Below, in pieces: positions 14,908 to 24,437 of a stretch of DNA of 48,539 nt (positions are counted from its first letter, which is position 1; each line of letters starts with the position of its first letter). The position numbers and the translations under genes were made by a program. The notes under the pieces are model-generated. The model was not told the DNA's origin, did no database searches, and saw only the letters and a list, made by a program, of their open reading frames with translations. The stretch is from Alphaproteobacteria bacterium (lineage in GTDB: Bacteria > Pseudomonadota > Alphaproteobacteria > Rs-D84): contig JAFXGD010000001.1 in assembly GCA_017513285.1 (NCBI GenBank), positions 1-48,539 on the forward strand, written 5' to 3'.

Positions 14908-16603
14908 GCGTTCCGCCGTTTTGAGCCGTGCGAAATTGCACCAAATGCGCATCAAATTTCACACGGTCAAACGGGTTACGTCTTTCAATTCGCCGTACAT
15001 TTCCATTCCGTTAACGCAATTCCTTGCGATGGCGGAAAATATCTTGCCGCACGATAAGTTTGTATTGTTCAAAGCACTTTTCCGTTATCCCATCAAAACC
15101 AATGAGATAACGGAAATATGCTTTGACAAATTAAGCCGCATTTTCGACGGGCGCAACCCGGTGTTCAATTATCAATTCGCAAATTCCGCCCAACGCGACG
15201 ATTGGGAACAATACAGGCAAACCAAGTTGAACGAACCCGAAGTTTGGGCGACCAAGGGATGGGAATTTTTCAAATCCGAAATCAATTCCGTTTTGGTCGT
15301 TGACGTCGCCCGGGAACAGACAACAGAATTACCCGAACCGTATTTTTATTGGTTGCCGATTGACGACGTAATTACGTATAAGGCCGACCCGACAACGGGC
15401 CAAATGGATTTTATCGTGTTCCGTCGCCGTGACGAAATCGTTGTGTTGGACGATGAAACGTACCGCGTTTGGGACGACCGGAAGCACACGGGCCAATTGG
15501 TCGGTATGCCGAAAGTTGAAGCGACCCACGATTTGGGTTATTGCCCGGCCCGGTTCTTTTGGAATGAACCCATTTCGTTGGATGAACCGGACGTAAAGGC
15601 GTCCCCGTTGTCCGCCGAATTGGAAAGTTTGGATTGGTTCGAATTTTTCCACATTTCCAAACGCCAATTGGACCTTATGGGCGCATATCCCATTTTGTCC
15701 GGGTACGAACAAAGTTGCGATTTCACGAACGCGGAAAACGGCGATTATTGCGACGGTGGGTTTTTGCGTGACAAACAAGGCCGTTACCGTCTTGATATGG
15801 CCGGATTACTGTTGCGTTGTCCGAAATGCGGAAACAAACGCATCATCGGGGCCGGTTCCTTTGTGGAAATCCCCGTACCCAATGAAGCGGAAAACCAACC
15901 CGATTTGCGCAACCCCGTACAGATATTGAACGTTGACCGCAAGGCCCTTGATTACAACGTTGAGGAACAAAAGCGGTTGCGGGAAGAAATCATTACGGCC
16001 GTTGTCGGCCAAGAAGAAATCGTTACGAACCGCGATGCGTTCAACGAACAACAGGTACAAGCGAATTTCGAAAACGTCACAACCGTTTTGAACCGGGTTA
16101 AAAAGGGTTTCGAACAGGCCCAACAATGGGTTGACGAAACCGTTTGCCGGTTGCGTTATGGACGGTATTTTATTTCGGCGAAAATCAATTACGGAACGGA
16201 ATTTTACTTGTATTCCCCGGATGAATTGCGTAAACGGTATAAGGCCGCCAAGGATGCGGGCGCGTCGGAATCCGAATTGGATATGATGCAAAACCAAATC
16301 TTGGAAACCGAATACCGTAACGACCCGACGCAATTACGCCGTATGTTGGTTTTGGCCGAACTTGAACCGTTCCGCCATTTGTCACGCGTTGAGGTTTCCG
16401 AACTGTTCGACAAAAGGTTGGTTTCCGAAACGGATTTGCGTATTAAATTGAACTTTCCTAATTTTGTACGCCGGTTCGAACGTGAAAACACCAACATTTT
16501 GGATTTCGGTTCGGAAATACCGTACCAACGCAAGATTGAAAAGATTACGGCCGAATTACGGCGATATGCCGACGAACAGAAACCGGAACCGGCCAATGTT
16601 TAA
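14861..16603 (+). CDS. candidate portal protein (580 aa)
   Basis: Call rests on size and position: first large ORF after TerL and before the scaffold and capsid genes. No motif was recognised. Confidence 0.5.
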   Translation: MGYDVAKIKKEIAENKRSAVLSRAKLHQMRIKFHTVKRVTSFNSPYISIPLTQFLAMAENILPHDKFVLFKALFRYPIKTNEITEICFDKLSRIFDGRNPVFNYQFANSAQRDDWEQYRQTKLNEPEVWATKGWEFFKSEINSVLVVDVAREQTTELPEPYFYWLPIDDVITYKADPTTGQMDFIVFRRRDEIVVLDDETYRVWDDRKHTGQLVGMPKVEATHDLGYCPARFFWNEPISLDEPDVKASPLSAELESLDWFEFFHISKRQLDLMGAYPILSGYEQSCDFTNAENGDYCDGGFLRDKQGRYRLDMAGLLLRCPKCGNKRIIGAGSFVEIPVPNEAENQPDLRNPVQILNVDRKALDYNVEEQKRLREEIITAVVGQEEIVTNRDAFNEQQVQANFENVTTVLNRVKKGFEQAQQWVDETVCRLRYGRYFISAKINYGTEFYLYSPDELRKRYKAAKDAGASESELDMMQNQILETEYRNDPTQLRRMLVLAELEPFRHLSRVEVSELFDKRLVSETDLRIKLNFPNFVRRFERENTNILDFGSEIPYQRKIEKITAELRRYADEQKPEPANV

Positions 16604-16623
16604 CCAATAAAACCGTGTGAACG

Positions 16624-17064
16624 ATGATTACAAAAGACGGGCGCGATACCCCGATTGAAAAGTTGACCGCCGAAAATTACATTGTTCCCAAGGGCGAAGA
16701 AAAGGATTACCACGCCGTTATTGAGGTCGTGCAATACGACCCGAAAACCGGCAAGCGTCTTTCCCGGCCCCGGGTGCAAAAATTCGGCAAAAAGATTTTT
16801 GAAGCCCACGTTGCGGATTCCTTGCGGAAACAGGGTTACACCGTTACGATTTTGCACGACCCGAACGTGTGGTTGAAAGAACAGGCCGCCAAGCGCGAAC
16901 AGGCCGCCAAGGAAGCCGCCGCCGCCAAGGCCAAGGCCGACCAAGAAAAATTCGATGCGGCCGTTGCCGCCGCCGTTGCCAAGGCCCTTGCCGAACGCGA
17001 CGCCGCAAAGGAACAGGAAACCGCAAAGAAACCGGGACGTCCCGCCAAAGAAACGAAAGAATAA
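16624..17064 (+). CDS. hypothetical protein with an Ala/Lys/Glu-rich C-terminal helix
   Basis: ORF track. Located in the head module. Confidence 0.65.
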   Translation: MITKDGRDTPIEKLTAENYIVPKGEEKDYHAVIEVVQYDPKTGKRLSRPRVQKFGKKIFEAHVADSLRKQGYTVTILHDPNVWLKEQAAKREQAAKEAAAAKAKADQEKFDAAVAAAVAKALAERDAAKEQETAKKPGRPAKETKE

Positions 17065-17084
17065 CATTTTAACATTTTACCGTT

Positions 17085-17342
17085 ATGGCACAAATCGCAC
17101 AACAGGACAATTTGTTTATTGAGGTTTCCGCGTTGGGGACCTTTACGGCCGACCAAAAGGCCAAGTTGGTCGAATCGTTCAAGGCCGGAACCATCCTTGA
17201 CGTCGTGCAACGTTCCGCCGCCGGGGTTTCCAAGTGTATTTCCGCGTCGTTCGCGGATGTAAGCACAACCCGCACGTACACGTTCGTTTTTGGCGGCGCA
17301 TCGCTTCAAAGCGTGACCGCAACCGAAACCATCGAAGCGTAA
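17085..17342 (+). CDS. hypothetical head-module protein (85 aa)
   Basis: ORF track. Confidence 0.6.
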   Translation: MAQIAQQDNLFIEVSALGTFTADQKAKLVESFKAGTILDVVQRSAAGVSKCISASFADVSTTRTYTFVFGGASLQSVTATETIEA

Positions 17343-17399
17343 CGACCGGTTGGGCGATACCGTAACAAGACATTACCAAAAATTCAAAGGGAAAGAATT

Positions 17400-18356
17400 A
17401 TGGCACTTACAACCGAATTGTTGAACGCCAACGCCGCGTTATCGGGCTTGACGGATGAACAGAAAACGGCAATCGTCGAAATGTCGAAGAACGACGAAAC
17501 GGCGGTTATCGGTCAAAAGACCGGCGAAATTTACGGCGGGTTGGATGCGGATATTTTGGCCGCGTCCGGAATCGCCAAGAATGGGGCCGAAAAAACCTAC
17601 GATTACGCCAAACGTGTTATTGGCGAAATCAAAGGCCAAGCGGGTAACGCCGCCGAATTGCAAACCAAGGTTTCCGAATTGGAAAAAGAGAAAACCCGTT
17701 TGGAATCCGTAATTGCAAAGGGCGGCGGGGACGCGGAAACCAAACGCCAATTGGACCAAGCCAAGGCGGATTTGGCCAACGTGACCAAGGAATTTACCGA
17801 CCTTAAAACCAAATACGACACGGCCGAAGCGGAACACGCAAAGGCCCTGTTCGGAATGAAGATTGACGGCGAATTTGCCAAGGCAACCGCCGGATTGAAA
17901 TTTAAGGCCGATTTGCCCGCGTCTGTTACGTCCGTGTTGACCGAACAGGCCGTGGCCAAGGTTAAGGCGATGAACCCGGAATACATTGATGACGGGAACG
18001 GCGGCAAGACTTTGGCATTTATGGAAAAAGGCGCGGTCAAGCGCAACCCGGAAAACAATTTGCGTCCGTTTACGGCGGCCGAATTGGTCGCCAAGGAACT
18101 TTCCACAATGGGCGTGTTGGAAACTGGGCGCAAACAGACCGGGGCCGGGTCCACGGGCGGCCACACCGGCGGCCAAGGCGGCAACGGCGGAACGGTTGAC
18201 ATTTCCGGGGCGCGTACCCAAAACGAAGCCCACGAAATCATTGCAAAACAATTGATGGCGCAAGGGAAAATCAACGGTTCCAAGGAATTTTCGGATGCGA
18301 TGGCGCAAGCGTGGAAAGACAACCGCGACGCAATCAAGGCGTTACCCATCCAATAA
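17400..18356 (+). CDS. candidate scaffolding protein
   Basis: Largely coiled-coil, acidic and Lys-rich, and lies directly upstream of the putative capsid gene. Confidence 0.5.
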   Translation: MALTTELLNANAALSGLTDEQKTAIVEMSKNDETAVIGQKTGEIYGGLDADILAASGIAKNGAEKTYDYAKRVIGEIKGQAGNAAELQTKVSELEKEKTRLESVIAKGGGDAETKRQLDQAKADLANVTKEFTDLKTKYDTAEAEHAKALFGMKIDGEFAKATAGLKFKADLPASVTSVLTEQAVAKVKAMNPEYIDDGNGGKTLAFMEKGAVKRNPENNLRPFTAAELVAKELSTMGVLETGRKQTGAGSTGGHTGGQGGNGGTVDISGARTQNEAHEIIAKQLMAQGKINGSKEFSDAMAQAWKDNRDAIKALPIQ

Positions 18357-18419
18357 GAACAGTAACAACCGGGTAAAGGGTCAATCCGGCAAACATTAAC
18401 AATTTAACACAAAACAATT

Positions 18420-19535
18420 ATGTCACTTGTAGCAACCCGTTTGCAAAATTGGCGTGTCGAAAACCCCGAATTTGACCGGAATATGGCCCGCCCGTTGGAA
18501 TACGGCGCGTTGGATTTCTTCATTGAGCAAACCAACGCCGCAAATTCCATCATCAACCCCAACTTGCGCGACCGTGCCTTTGAATCCATCGGCAACACCG
18601 TGCAAATTCCCGTTATCAATTACGATGGCGACGTGACCGTTTCCAACGTCCGTTCGTGCGTCATTGCCGACGACGAAAACACGTCCGCGTTGTACACCGT
18701 GAATTGGGTAACGTTGGCCGTCGGCTTTACGATGGTTCCCCAACTGTACCGGAACAACGAAATTTCCTACGAACACGACTTTGCCCGCAAGATGGAAAAG
18801 GTTTGCCGCGCCCTTGCAACCGCAATGGACGTGCAAGCAATTGCCGCCCTTGAAGCGAACAAAACCCAAGTGTTCAAGGATGCGTTGTATTACACCGTCA
18901 CGTCCAATTCGGTTCAAATTCCTTGGAATGCCCGTATGGAATTTTTGGCGGATATGAACGCGATTATGCGTGCAAACGCGTATCCCGAAATGTTGCACGT
19001 CATTGGCGGGGCCGGGTTCGATTCTCTTGTGCGCAAGATGGCCGAACACGACATTTACAACGACGTCAACAAGCGTTTGGAATACGACAACAAAGTGTTC
19101 CACTATACCAACAACATTGTGAACGGTTCCGGCATCTTTGCAACCGGTTACATCGTGGCCGATGGAAACGTGGGCGTCCTTACCCGCGTGGACCGCGAAG
19201 CGTTGAGCCGCACCCGCGCCAATTTCCACGAATGGGATGTTGTGCGTTTGCCGTTCATTGACTTGCCCGTGGGTTCCCACTATTACACCGCCGTCGGCGA
19301 CCAATCCCAAATCGCCGGGGCCGCGTCCGCCGATATGGTGTGCAACGTCAAGGAATATTTCGGATTTTCCGTTGACGTGGCCTTTTTGGTCGCGTACAAT
19401 TCCGACCCGACTGCCGTTGCCAACCCGATTATCAAAGTTGAGGTCGCAAGCCCGGGCAACGCCAATCCTTTCGCCGCCCCGGTTGAGGTCGTGAACGGAC
19501 AAACCAACCCGGTTTACACGCAAGCTGTACAGTAA
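18420..19535 (+). CDS. candidate major capsid protein (371 aa)
   Basis: Position after the scaffold, appropriate size, and followed by the strongest terminator in the genome. Confidence 0.6.
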   Translation: MSLVATRLQNWRVENPEFDRNMARPLEYGALDFFIEQTNAANSIINPNLRDRAFESIGNTVQIPVINYDGDVTVSNVRSCVIADDENTSALYTVNWVTLAVGFTMVPQLYRNNEISYEHDFARKMEKVCRALATAMDVQAIAALEANKTQVFKDALYYTVTSNSVQIPWNARMEFLADMNAIMRANAYPEMLHVIGGAGFDSLVRKMAEHDIYNDVNKRLEYDNKVFHYTNNIVNGSGIFATGYIVADGNVGVLTRVDREALSRTRANFHEWDVVRLPFIDLPVGSHYYTAVGDQSQIAGAASADMVCNVKEYFGFSVDVAFLVAYNSDPTAVANPIIKVEVASPGNANPFAAPVEVVNGQTNPVYTQAVQ

Positions 19536-19565
19536 TCACGGGCACATTCGATACCATTATTTCGC

Positions 19566-19598
19566 GGGGACGGGTCGAATTAACCCCGTCCCCGTTTT
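19566..19598 (+). terminator. Rho-independent terminator (GGGGACGGG ... CCCGTCCCC + GTTTT)
   Basis: 9-bp GC stem, 10-nt loop and a T-run, read directly. Confidence 0.75.
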
Positions 19599-19654
19599 CC
19601 ATTTGTAAAGGATTTTGACACGTCCGGAAAACCTGTAAAGAAAATCGAACTTTT

Positions 19655-20986
19655 ATGATACGATTACAAGACATTCAAAACGCATTGTTGCCGGTTGTCG
19701 GTTGGCAACAGGATTACAACCCGCAAAATCAAATTGACGAAGCGTTGACGCAATCGGAAAGCGGGTTGACGTTCCAAGGGGCGCACCCGCTTGTTACCTT
19801 GGCGAACGTCCGGGCGATTATGCCGGACGATTACTTGTATAAATATCCCGAATACGTGGCCGGGTATATGTACCCAAAGGGTTGGAAATGCCGTTATACG
19901 TCCGGCGGCGTAACAAAGATTTACATTTCCGAAAGAACGGTAACGCATAACGACCCGGCACCGAACGTTGGCAACCCGTGGGCCGAATACAATATGGTTT
20001 CGGACTTTGTGCGGAACGTAACCATTGCCGGAATCAATACGGCCGTCCAAAATTTCATCCAAGAAAAGCAATTGCAACAGGAAACCAAGAATTTGTTGGA
20101 ACGTCGTACATTCTTCGACGGGGCCGCCCGGTTGGCCGCGACAATAGACCCGACCGGAAAGATTGTCGGTTTCGAAATCGTGCCGGTTCGGGCGATGGGC
20201 GTAACAACCAAAATCGAACGAATCGGGTTGCAAATGGTCGGCGCGACCGGAACGGTTCGGTTGTACCTGTTCCATTCGTCCCAAATTGCGCCGATGCGCG
20301 TTGTTGACTTGGAATTTACCAACACCAAAGGCGGGTTCCAATGGTTTACCCCGACCGAACCCATATATTTACCGTATATTCCCGGCGGCGATGGTAACGG
20401 CAACGATGCGGGCGGCGCGTGGTTCCTTTGCTACAATCAAAACGAATTGCCCGTTGGTATGCGGGCGTTGAACGTTTCCAAGGATTGGTCCGTTGAACCG
20501 TGCCAAACGTGCCTTGGCGGTTCGATTGAATCTTGGCGGCAAATGACCAAGTATTTACAGGTTTCCCCGTTTGGGATTCACGCACCGTTGGATTTCGCCG
20601 CATACCCGGAAATGTTCGATATTGGCCAAATCGGTTACACGAACACGATGAATTACGGAATGAACGTCGAAATATCCGTTGGTTGCGACATTTCCGATTT
20701 CATCATTTCCCAACGGGCCATATTCGCAACCGTCATTCAAAAACAGGTCGCGGCAAACGTGTTGCGAACAATCGCAATGAATCCGGACGTTCGGGTTAAC
20801 CGCAACCAAGTAAACGTCACGCGTGACGAACTGTTGTATGAACTTGACGGCGCACCCACGGGCCGGGCGTCCGGGCTTGGGTACGAACTGAAACAGGCGT
20901 ACCGGGCTTTGGAATTGGACACGCGGGGATTGGACCGCATTTGTTTGCAATGCAACAACCACGGCGTGAAATATCGCACGGTATAG
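19655..20986 (+). CDS. hypothetical structural-module protein (443 aa)
   Basis: ORF track. Confidence 0.7.
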   Translation: MIRLQDIQNALLPVVGWQQDYNPQNQIDEALTQSESGLTFQGAHPLVTLANVRAIMPDDYLYKYPEYVAGYMYPKGWKCRYTSGGVTKIYISERTVTHNDPAPNVGNPWAEYNMVSDFVRNVTIAGINTAVQNFIQEKQLQQETKNLLERRTFFDGAARLAATIDPTGKIVGFEIVPVRAMGVTTKIERIGLQMVGATGTVRLYLFHSSQIAPMRVVDLEFTNTKGGFQWFTPTEPIYLPYIPGGDGNGNDAGGAWFLCYNQNELPVGMRALNVSKDWSVEPCQTCLGGSIESWRQMTKYLQVSPFGIHAPLDFAAYPEMFDIGQIGYTNTMNYGMNVEISVGCDISDFIISQRAIFATVIQKQVAANVLRTIAMNPDVRVNRNQVNVTRDELLYELDGAPTGRASGLGYELKQAYRALELDTRGLDRICLQCNNHGVKYRTV

Positions 20987-21052
20987 TTAATTTTCCAAGA
21001 AATGGCGTATAACGGGCTTTCGCCGGAAAGATGATAAATTACCCGTCTTTTT

Positions 21053-21094
21053 GACGAAAGCCCCGGAAAACGCCGGAAAACGGCCAAAACGGGG
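21053..21094 (-). repeat. Phased A-tract/GC 10-bp repeat array (GAAAGCCCCG GAAAACGCCG GAAAACGGCC AAAACGGGG on +)
   Basis: By eye the reverse complement is about 85% identical to 36571..36602 over roughly 32 nt. Confidence 0.6.
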
Positions 21095-21096
21095 AT

Positions 21097-21609
21097 ATGG
21101 GAATATTAAACGACTTGCGCACCCGCGTTCAATCGGTAAACGACGGTATGGAAACCGGCGAATTGGTCCGTAACGTCATTGTCCAACATCCCGACGACAT
21201 TTTGGATTTGCAAAAAATGCAATTGTTCCAAGGGTTGGCGGCCAACGGCCAAGATATACGGCCGTATTATTCGGAAGATTTGAAACCGTCCGGGTTTTTT
21301 CATTCGGTCGAATCGGCGGGCCGGTACGCGGCTTGGAAAAAAGACGGTATCAATTACCCGTACAAAGCGAACAGGAACCCGGATGCGCCAAACCTGTACA
21401 TCAACGGCCGGTTTCACGACGAATTGGGCGTACAGTTTGCCGCCGATACCGTGGGAATCGTCCCGACAACGCCGTATTCGGCCGGGATTATGGCGAAATA
21501 CGGAATTACGACGTTCGGTTTGATGATGGCAAATTGGATGGTCGTATTTGTCCAACGCGGCGCATACGATGAATTGATGAATGAATTAAAAACACGTCTT
21601 TATGTCTAA
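21097..21609 (+). CDS. hypothetical head-tail-joining-region protein (170 aa)
   Basis: ORF track. Confidence 0.65.
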   Translation: MGILNDLRTRVQSVNDGMETGELVRNVIVQHPDDILDLQKMQLFQGLAANGQDIRPYYSEDLKPSGFFHSVESAGRYAAWKKDGINYPYKANRNPDAPNLYINGRFHDELGVQFAADTVGIVPTTPYSAGIMAKYGITTFGLMMANWMVVFVQRGAYDELMNELKTRLYV

Positions 21610-22195
21610 CACAAACGCACCCATCATCAAAAACCCGGTTATGTTGGACCGGGTAATTGGGGAAATACAAACCGGATTGGTTGAAAATTTGCCGTGGTTG
21701 GACGTGGCCTTTGGCCGGTCCCAACGTCTTACAAAGATGATGAACGGCAAAAAGATAATTACGCCGAATGTCTATTGCGGCGGATGGAACGGACACGGCG
21801 AAAACGATTACATCGAAACGTCCCCGGATGCCAAGATTGGCAATTTTTCGTTTTTCGAAATTGAGGACCCGCAAACCATTGACGCGGGGCCGTGGGCGCG
21901 TGAAATCAAAGCCCCGTTCGGCCTTATCGTTTGGTTCGATTTAACCCGGGTGTATGATGAACCGGACAACCGGAATACCGAATACATCAAAGCCCAAATC
22001 TTGCGCGTGTTGAACGGCCGGGCCGGTTGGCATTTGACCGGCGGGCGTATCATCTTGAACAGGATATACGAACGGGCCGAAAACATATACCGTGGTTACA
22101 CGCTTTCCGAAATTGACAACCAATTTTTGATGCACCCATATTACGGTATGCGATTTGATGGGATATTGGAATTTGATGAACTTTGTTTTGAATGA
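21602..22195 (+). CDS. hypothetical structural-module protein (197 aa)
   Basis: ORF track. Confidence 0.65.
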   Translation: MSNTNAPIIKNPVMLDRVIGEIQTGLVENLPWLDVAFGRSQRLTKMMNGKKIITPNVYCGGWNGHGENDYIETSPDAKIGNFSFFEIEDPQTIDAGPWAREIKAPFGLIVWFDLTRVYDEPDNRNTEYIKAQILRVLNGRAGWHLTGGRIILNRIYERAENIYRGYTLSEIDNQFLMHPYYGMRFDGILEFDELCFE

Positions 22196-22725
22196 TTATG
22201 GAAAAAGTTTTGGCAATCAATCCCAATTACACCGTATTTTCGGACGGTCGCATTTTTAGTAAGATTTCCGGTAAATTCTTGAAACCGTGGAAAACCAACA
22301 AAGGTTATCCAATTGTTTCTTTATTCGATGGAAAAGGCGGACACAAATTTTATTTGTTGCATCGTCTAATTGCAACCGCATTTATTCCGAATCCGGAAAA
22401 CAAACCGTGCGTGGACCATTTGGATTGTAACCGTGAAAATTGCGCCGTTGAAAACTTGCGTTGGGTAACGTATTCGGAAAACAACAGAAATCCAATAACG
22501 GTAAAAGGTTTGGCACACGGAAATTCGATGCGCGGACGTTTCGGGCAAAACAATCCGTTATCGAAACGTGTTTTGTGTTATACGCGAAATGGCGATTTGG
22601 TTAAATGTTATGGCGGCGTCCACGAAGCAAGCCGGGAAACAGGAATAAACAAAGGCGATATTGGCGCGTGTTGCCGTGGCAAGAGAAAAACCGCCGGAAA
22701 TTATATTTGGAAATATGATAATTGA
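22192..22725 (+). CDS. HNH homing endonuclease paralogue
   Basis: HRLIATAFIPNPENKPCVDHLDCNRENCAVENLRWVTYSENNRN. ATGA overlap with the upstream gene. Confidence 0.8.
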   Translation: MIMEKVLAINPNYTVFSDGRIFSKISGKFLKPWKTNKGYPIVSLFDGKGGHKFYLLHRLIATAFIPNPENKPCVDHLDCNRENCAVENLRWVTYSENNRNPITVKGLAHGNSMRGRFGQNNPLSKRVLCYTRNGDLVKCYGGVHEASRETGINKGDIGACCRGKRKTAGNYIWKYDN

Positions 22726-22978
22726 ATTTGTTTGTTGGGTTGCGGTCGTTGCTTTGGCGGCCGCGTTCCTGTTGTCTTTGGCAACGAAATGGCATTGGAT
22801 GGAATGGTTGCAAATCCACGCGCCGAACGACTTTTTTAACGAATTGTTCAATTGTAAATTCTGTTGTTCGTGGTGGGTTTCCGTCGTTATTTCGCTAACT
22901 TTGTGCGTGGCAACGGGCCAATGGTGGTTGTTGGCCGTGCCGTTTTGTTCAACAGTTATCGCTCGGGAATTATGGTAA
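22715..22978 (+). CDS. small membrane protein (87 aa, about 3 TM segments)
   Basis: MIIEFVCWVAVVALAAAFLLSLA..., CCSWWVSVVISLTLCVA..., WWLLAVPFCSTVIA. Confidence 0.55.
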   Translation: MIIEFVCWVAVVALAAAFLLSLATKWHWMEWLQIHAPNDFFNELFNCKFCCSWWVSVVISLTLCVATGQWWLLAVPFCSTVIARELW

Positions 22979-23757
22979 CGGTCAAGATTGGAAAACACAC
23001 GGTGGAAATGTACGACACAATCGAAGAATTGCCGATTGTGCGTTTCCATAAATACCAAAAGTTGTTGTTGATTGATGCGGGTATTGGGGCCGACATTACG
23101 GCGTTCGACCAACGCATTGAGAAAACGCGCCGGTATCTTATGGACGGAAAGCCGGAAAAGGCGCAACAGGAATTGGAAAATTTGCGCCAAGCGGTTTATT
23201 TTATCCAAACGGGAATCAACCCAAAACACCGGGCGTTTGCCGTGTTGGTAACGAAGATTGACGGCCGGGATTGCAACGACCTTTCCGACGTTGCGTTGAC
23301 CGAATTGTTGGAAACCTTGCAAGACGTCCCCGAAAAAGAGTTGACCGCCCAATTGGAAGCGGTCAAAAAAAAAATTGACGGGGAATTAAGGTTGTATTTC
23401 CCGGGCCTGTTCGCCGATTCCGAAATTAAAGAATATTACGACCTTTTGAAGAAACGGACGATGGCGGTTTTGGCGAACATCATTGCGGGCGTAAACAACC
23501 CGGATGCAACGCCGGAAATCGAAAAGTTGACGACGGCGTTAATAACGTATTCCAACCCGAAATCGTTTGCCGGTTCGGATGGCGTGGAAATACAGTTTGA
23601 CCGCCAATTTGAAAACCTTTGTTTGGTTTTGTCCGAACAATTGCACGTCAAACCCAAGGATTATTCCGTTTTGGAATTTTACAACGCGTTTGATTTTGTC
23701 AAGGAAAGGGCAAAACAGGCCGAAAAGGCCCAAAAACGGGCCAAATCCGGGCGTTAA
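22972..23757 (+). CDS. hypothetical protein (261 aa); possible tail assembly chaperone by position only
   Basis: ATG at 22972 overlaps the stop of the previous ORF. It is the last non-HNH gene before the tape measure. Confidence 0.6.
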   Translation: MVTVKIGKHTVEMYDTIEELPIVRFHKYQKLLLIDAGIGADITAFDQRIEKTRRYLMDGKPEKAQQELENLRQAVYFIQTGINPKHRAFAVLVTKIDGRDCNDLSDVALTELLETLQDVPEKELTAQLEAVKKKIDGELRLYFPGLFADSEIKEYYDLLKKRTMAVLANIIAGVNNPDATPEIEKLTTALITYSNPKSFAGSDGVEIQFDRQFENLCLVLSEQLHVKPKDYSVLEFYNAFDFVKERAKQAEKAQKRAKSGR

Positions 23758-23796
23758 GGATAAAAGACATACAATTTACCATCCGAGGAAAGAAAC

Positions 23797-23816
23797 GCCG
23801 TTATACGGCATTTTTG
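23797..23816 (+). terminator. weak terminator (GCCGT-TAT-ACGGC + ATTTTT)
   Basis: Read directly. Confidence 0.4.
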
Positions 23817-23861
23817 AAAAGAATAACAAACCCAATTATTTTTCATTCCCGTATGATTTAT

Positions 23862-23869
23862 TAAATTTG
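23862..23869 (+). promoter_or_regulatory. -7 promoter motif TAAATTTG upstream of an HNH gene
   Basis: Matches TAnnTTTG. Confidence 0.4.
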
Positions 23870-23885
23870 TGAAAAATTTATGGTT

Positions 23886-24437
23886 ATGGAAATTTGGAAA
23901 AACATTGATGGTTACAAGCCAATTTATCAAGTAAGCGACGCGGGGCGCGTTCGTTCATTGGCCCGTGAAACAACGGCGCGTTATTCTATTCAACGAAAAA
24001 CAAGAATTTTGAAAATCGCAATTGACCACGTTGGTTATAATGTAGTTTATTTATATGACAATTCCGGGAAGCGGAAAACGGTACGCGTTCATCGTTTGGT
24101 CGCAATGGCCTTTGTTCCGAATCCCGACGGATTGCCGGAAATTGACCATATAGACGGCGAAAAAAAAAGGAATATTCCGGAAAATTTGCGTTGGGTTGAC
24201 CATAAAACCAATTGCAGAAACAAAAACACGGTTGTTGCACGGAAAAAATATGTTGGGGAAAAAGCAACACACCGAAAACGGATACGGGCGTATATGATGG
24301 ACGGAAAGATGGTTGGCGAATGGCCAACAATAACAATTGCGGCCCGTGAAACAGGGACAAATAGACATTCGATTTCTTATGCCGCAAATGGAAAATACAA
24401 AACGGCAAACAATTTAATTTGGAAATATTATGGATAA
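23886..24437 (+). CDS. HNH homing endonuclease paralogue
   Basis: MEIWKNIDGY...HRLVAMAFVPNPDGLPEIDHIDGEKKRNIPENLRWVDHKTNCRN. An alternative start lies at 23880. Confidence 0.85.
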   Translation: MEIWKNIDGYKPIYQVSDAGRVRSLARETTARYSIQRKTRILKIAIDHVGYNVVYLYDNSGKRKTVRVHRLVAMAFVPNPDGLPEIDHIDGEKKRNIPENLRWVDHKTNCRNKNTVVARKKYVGEKATHRKRIRAYMMDGKMVGEWPTITIAARETGTNRHSISYAANGKYKTANNLIWKYYG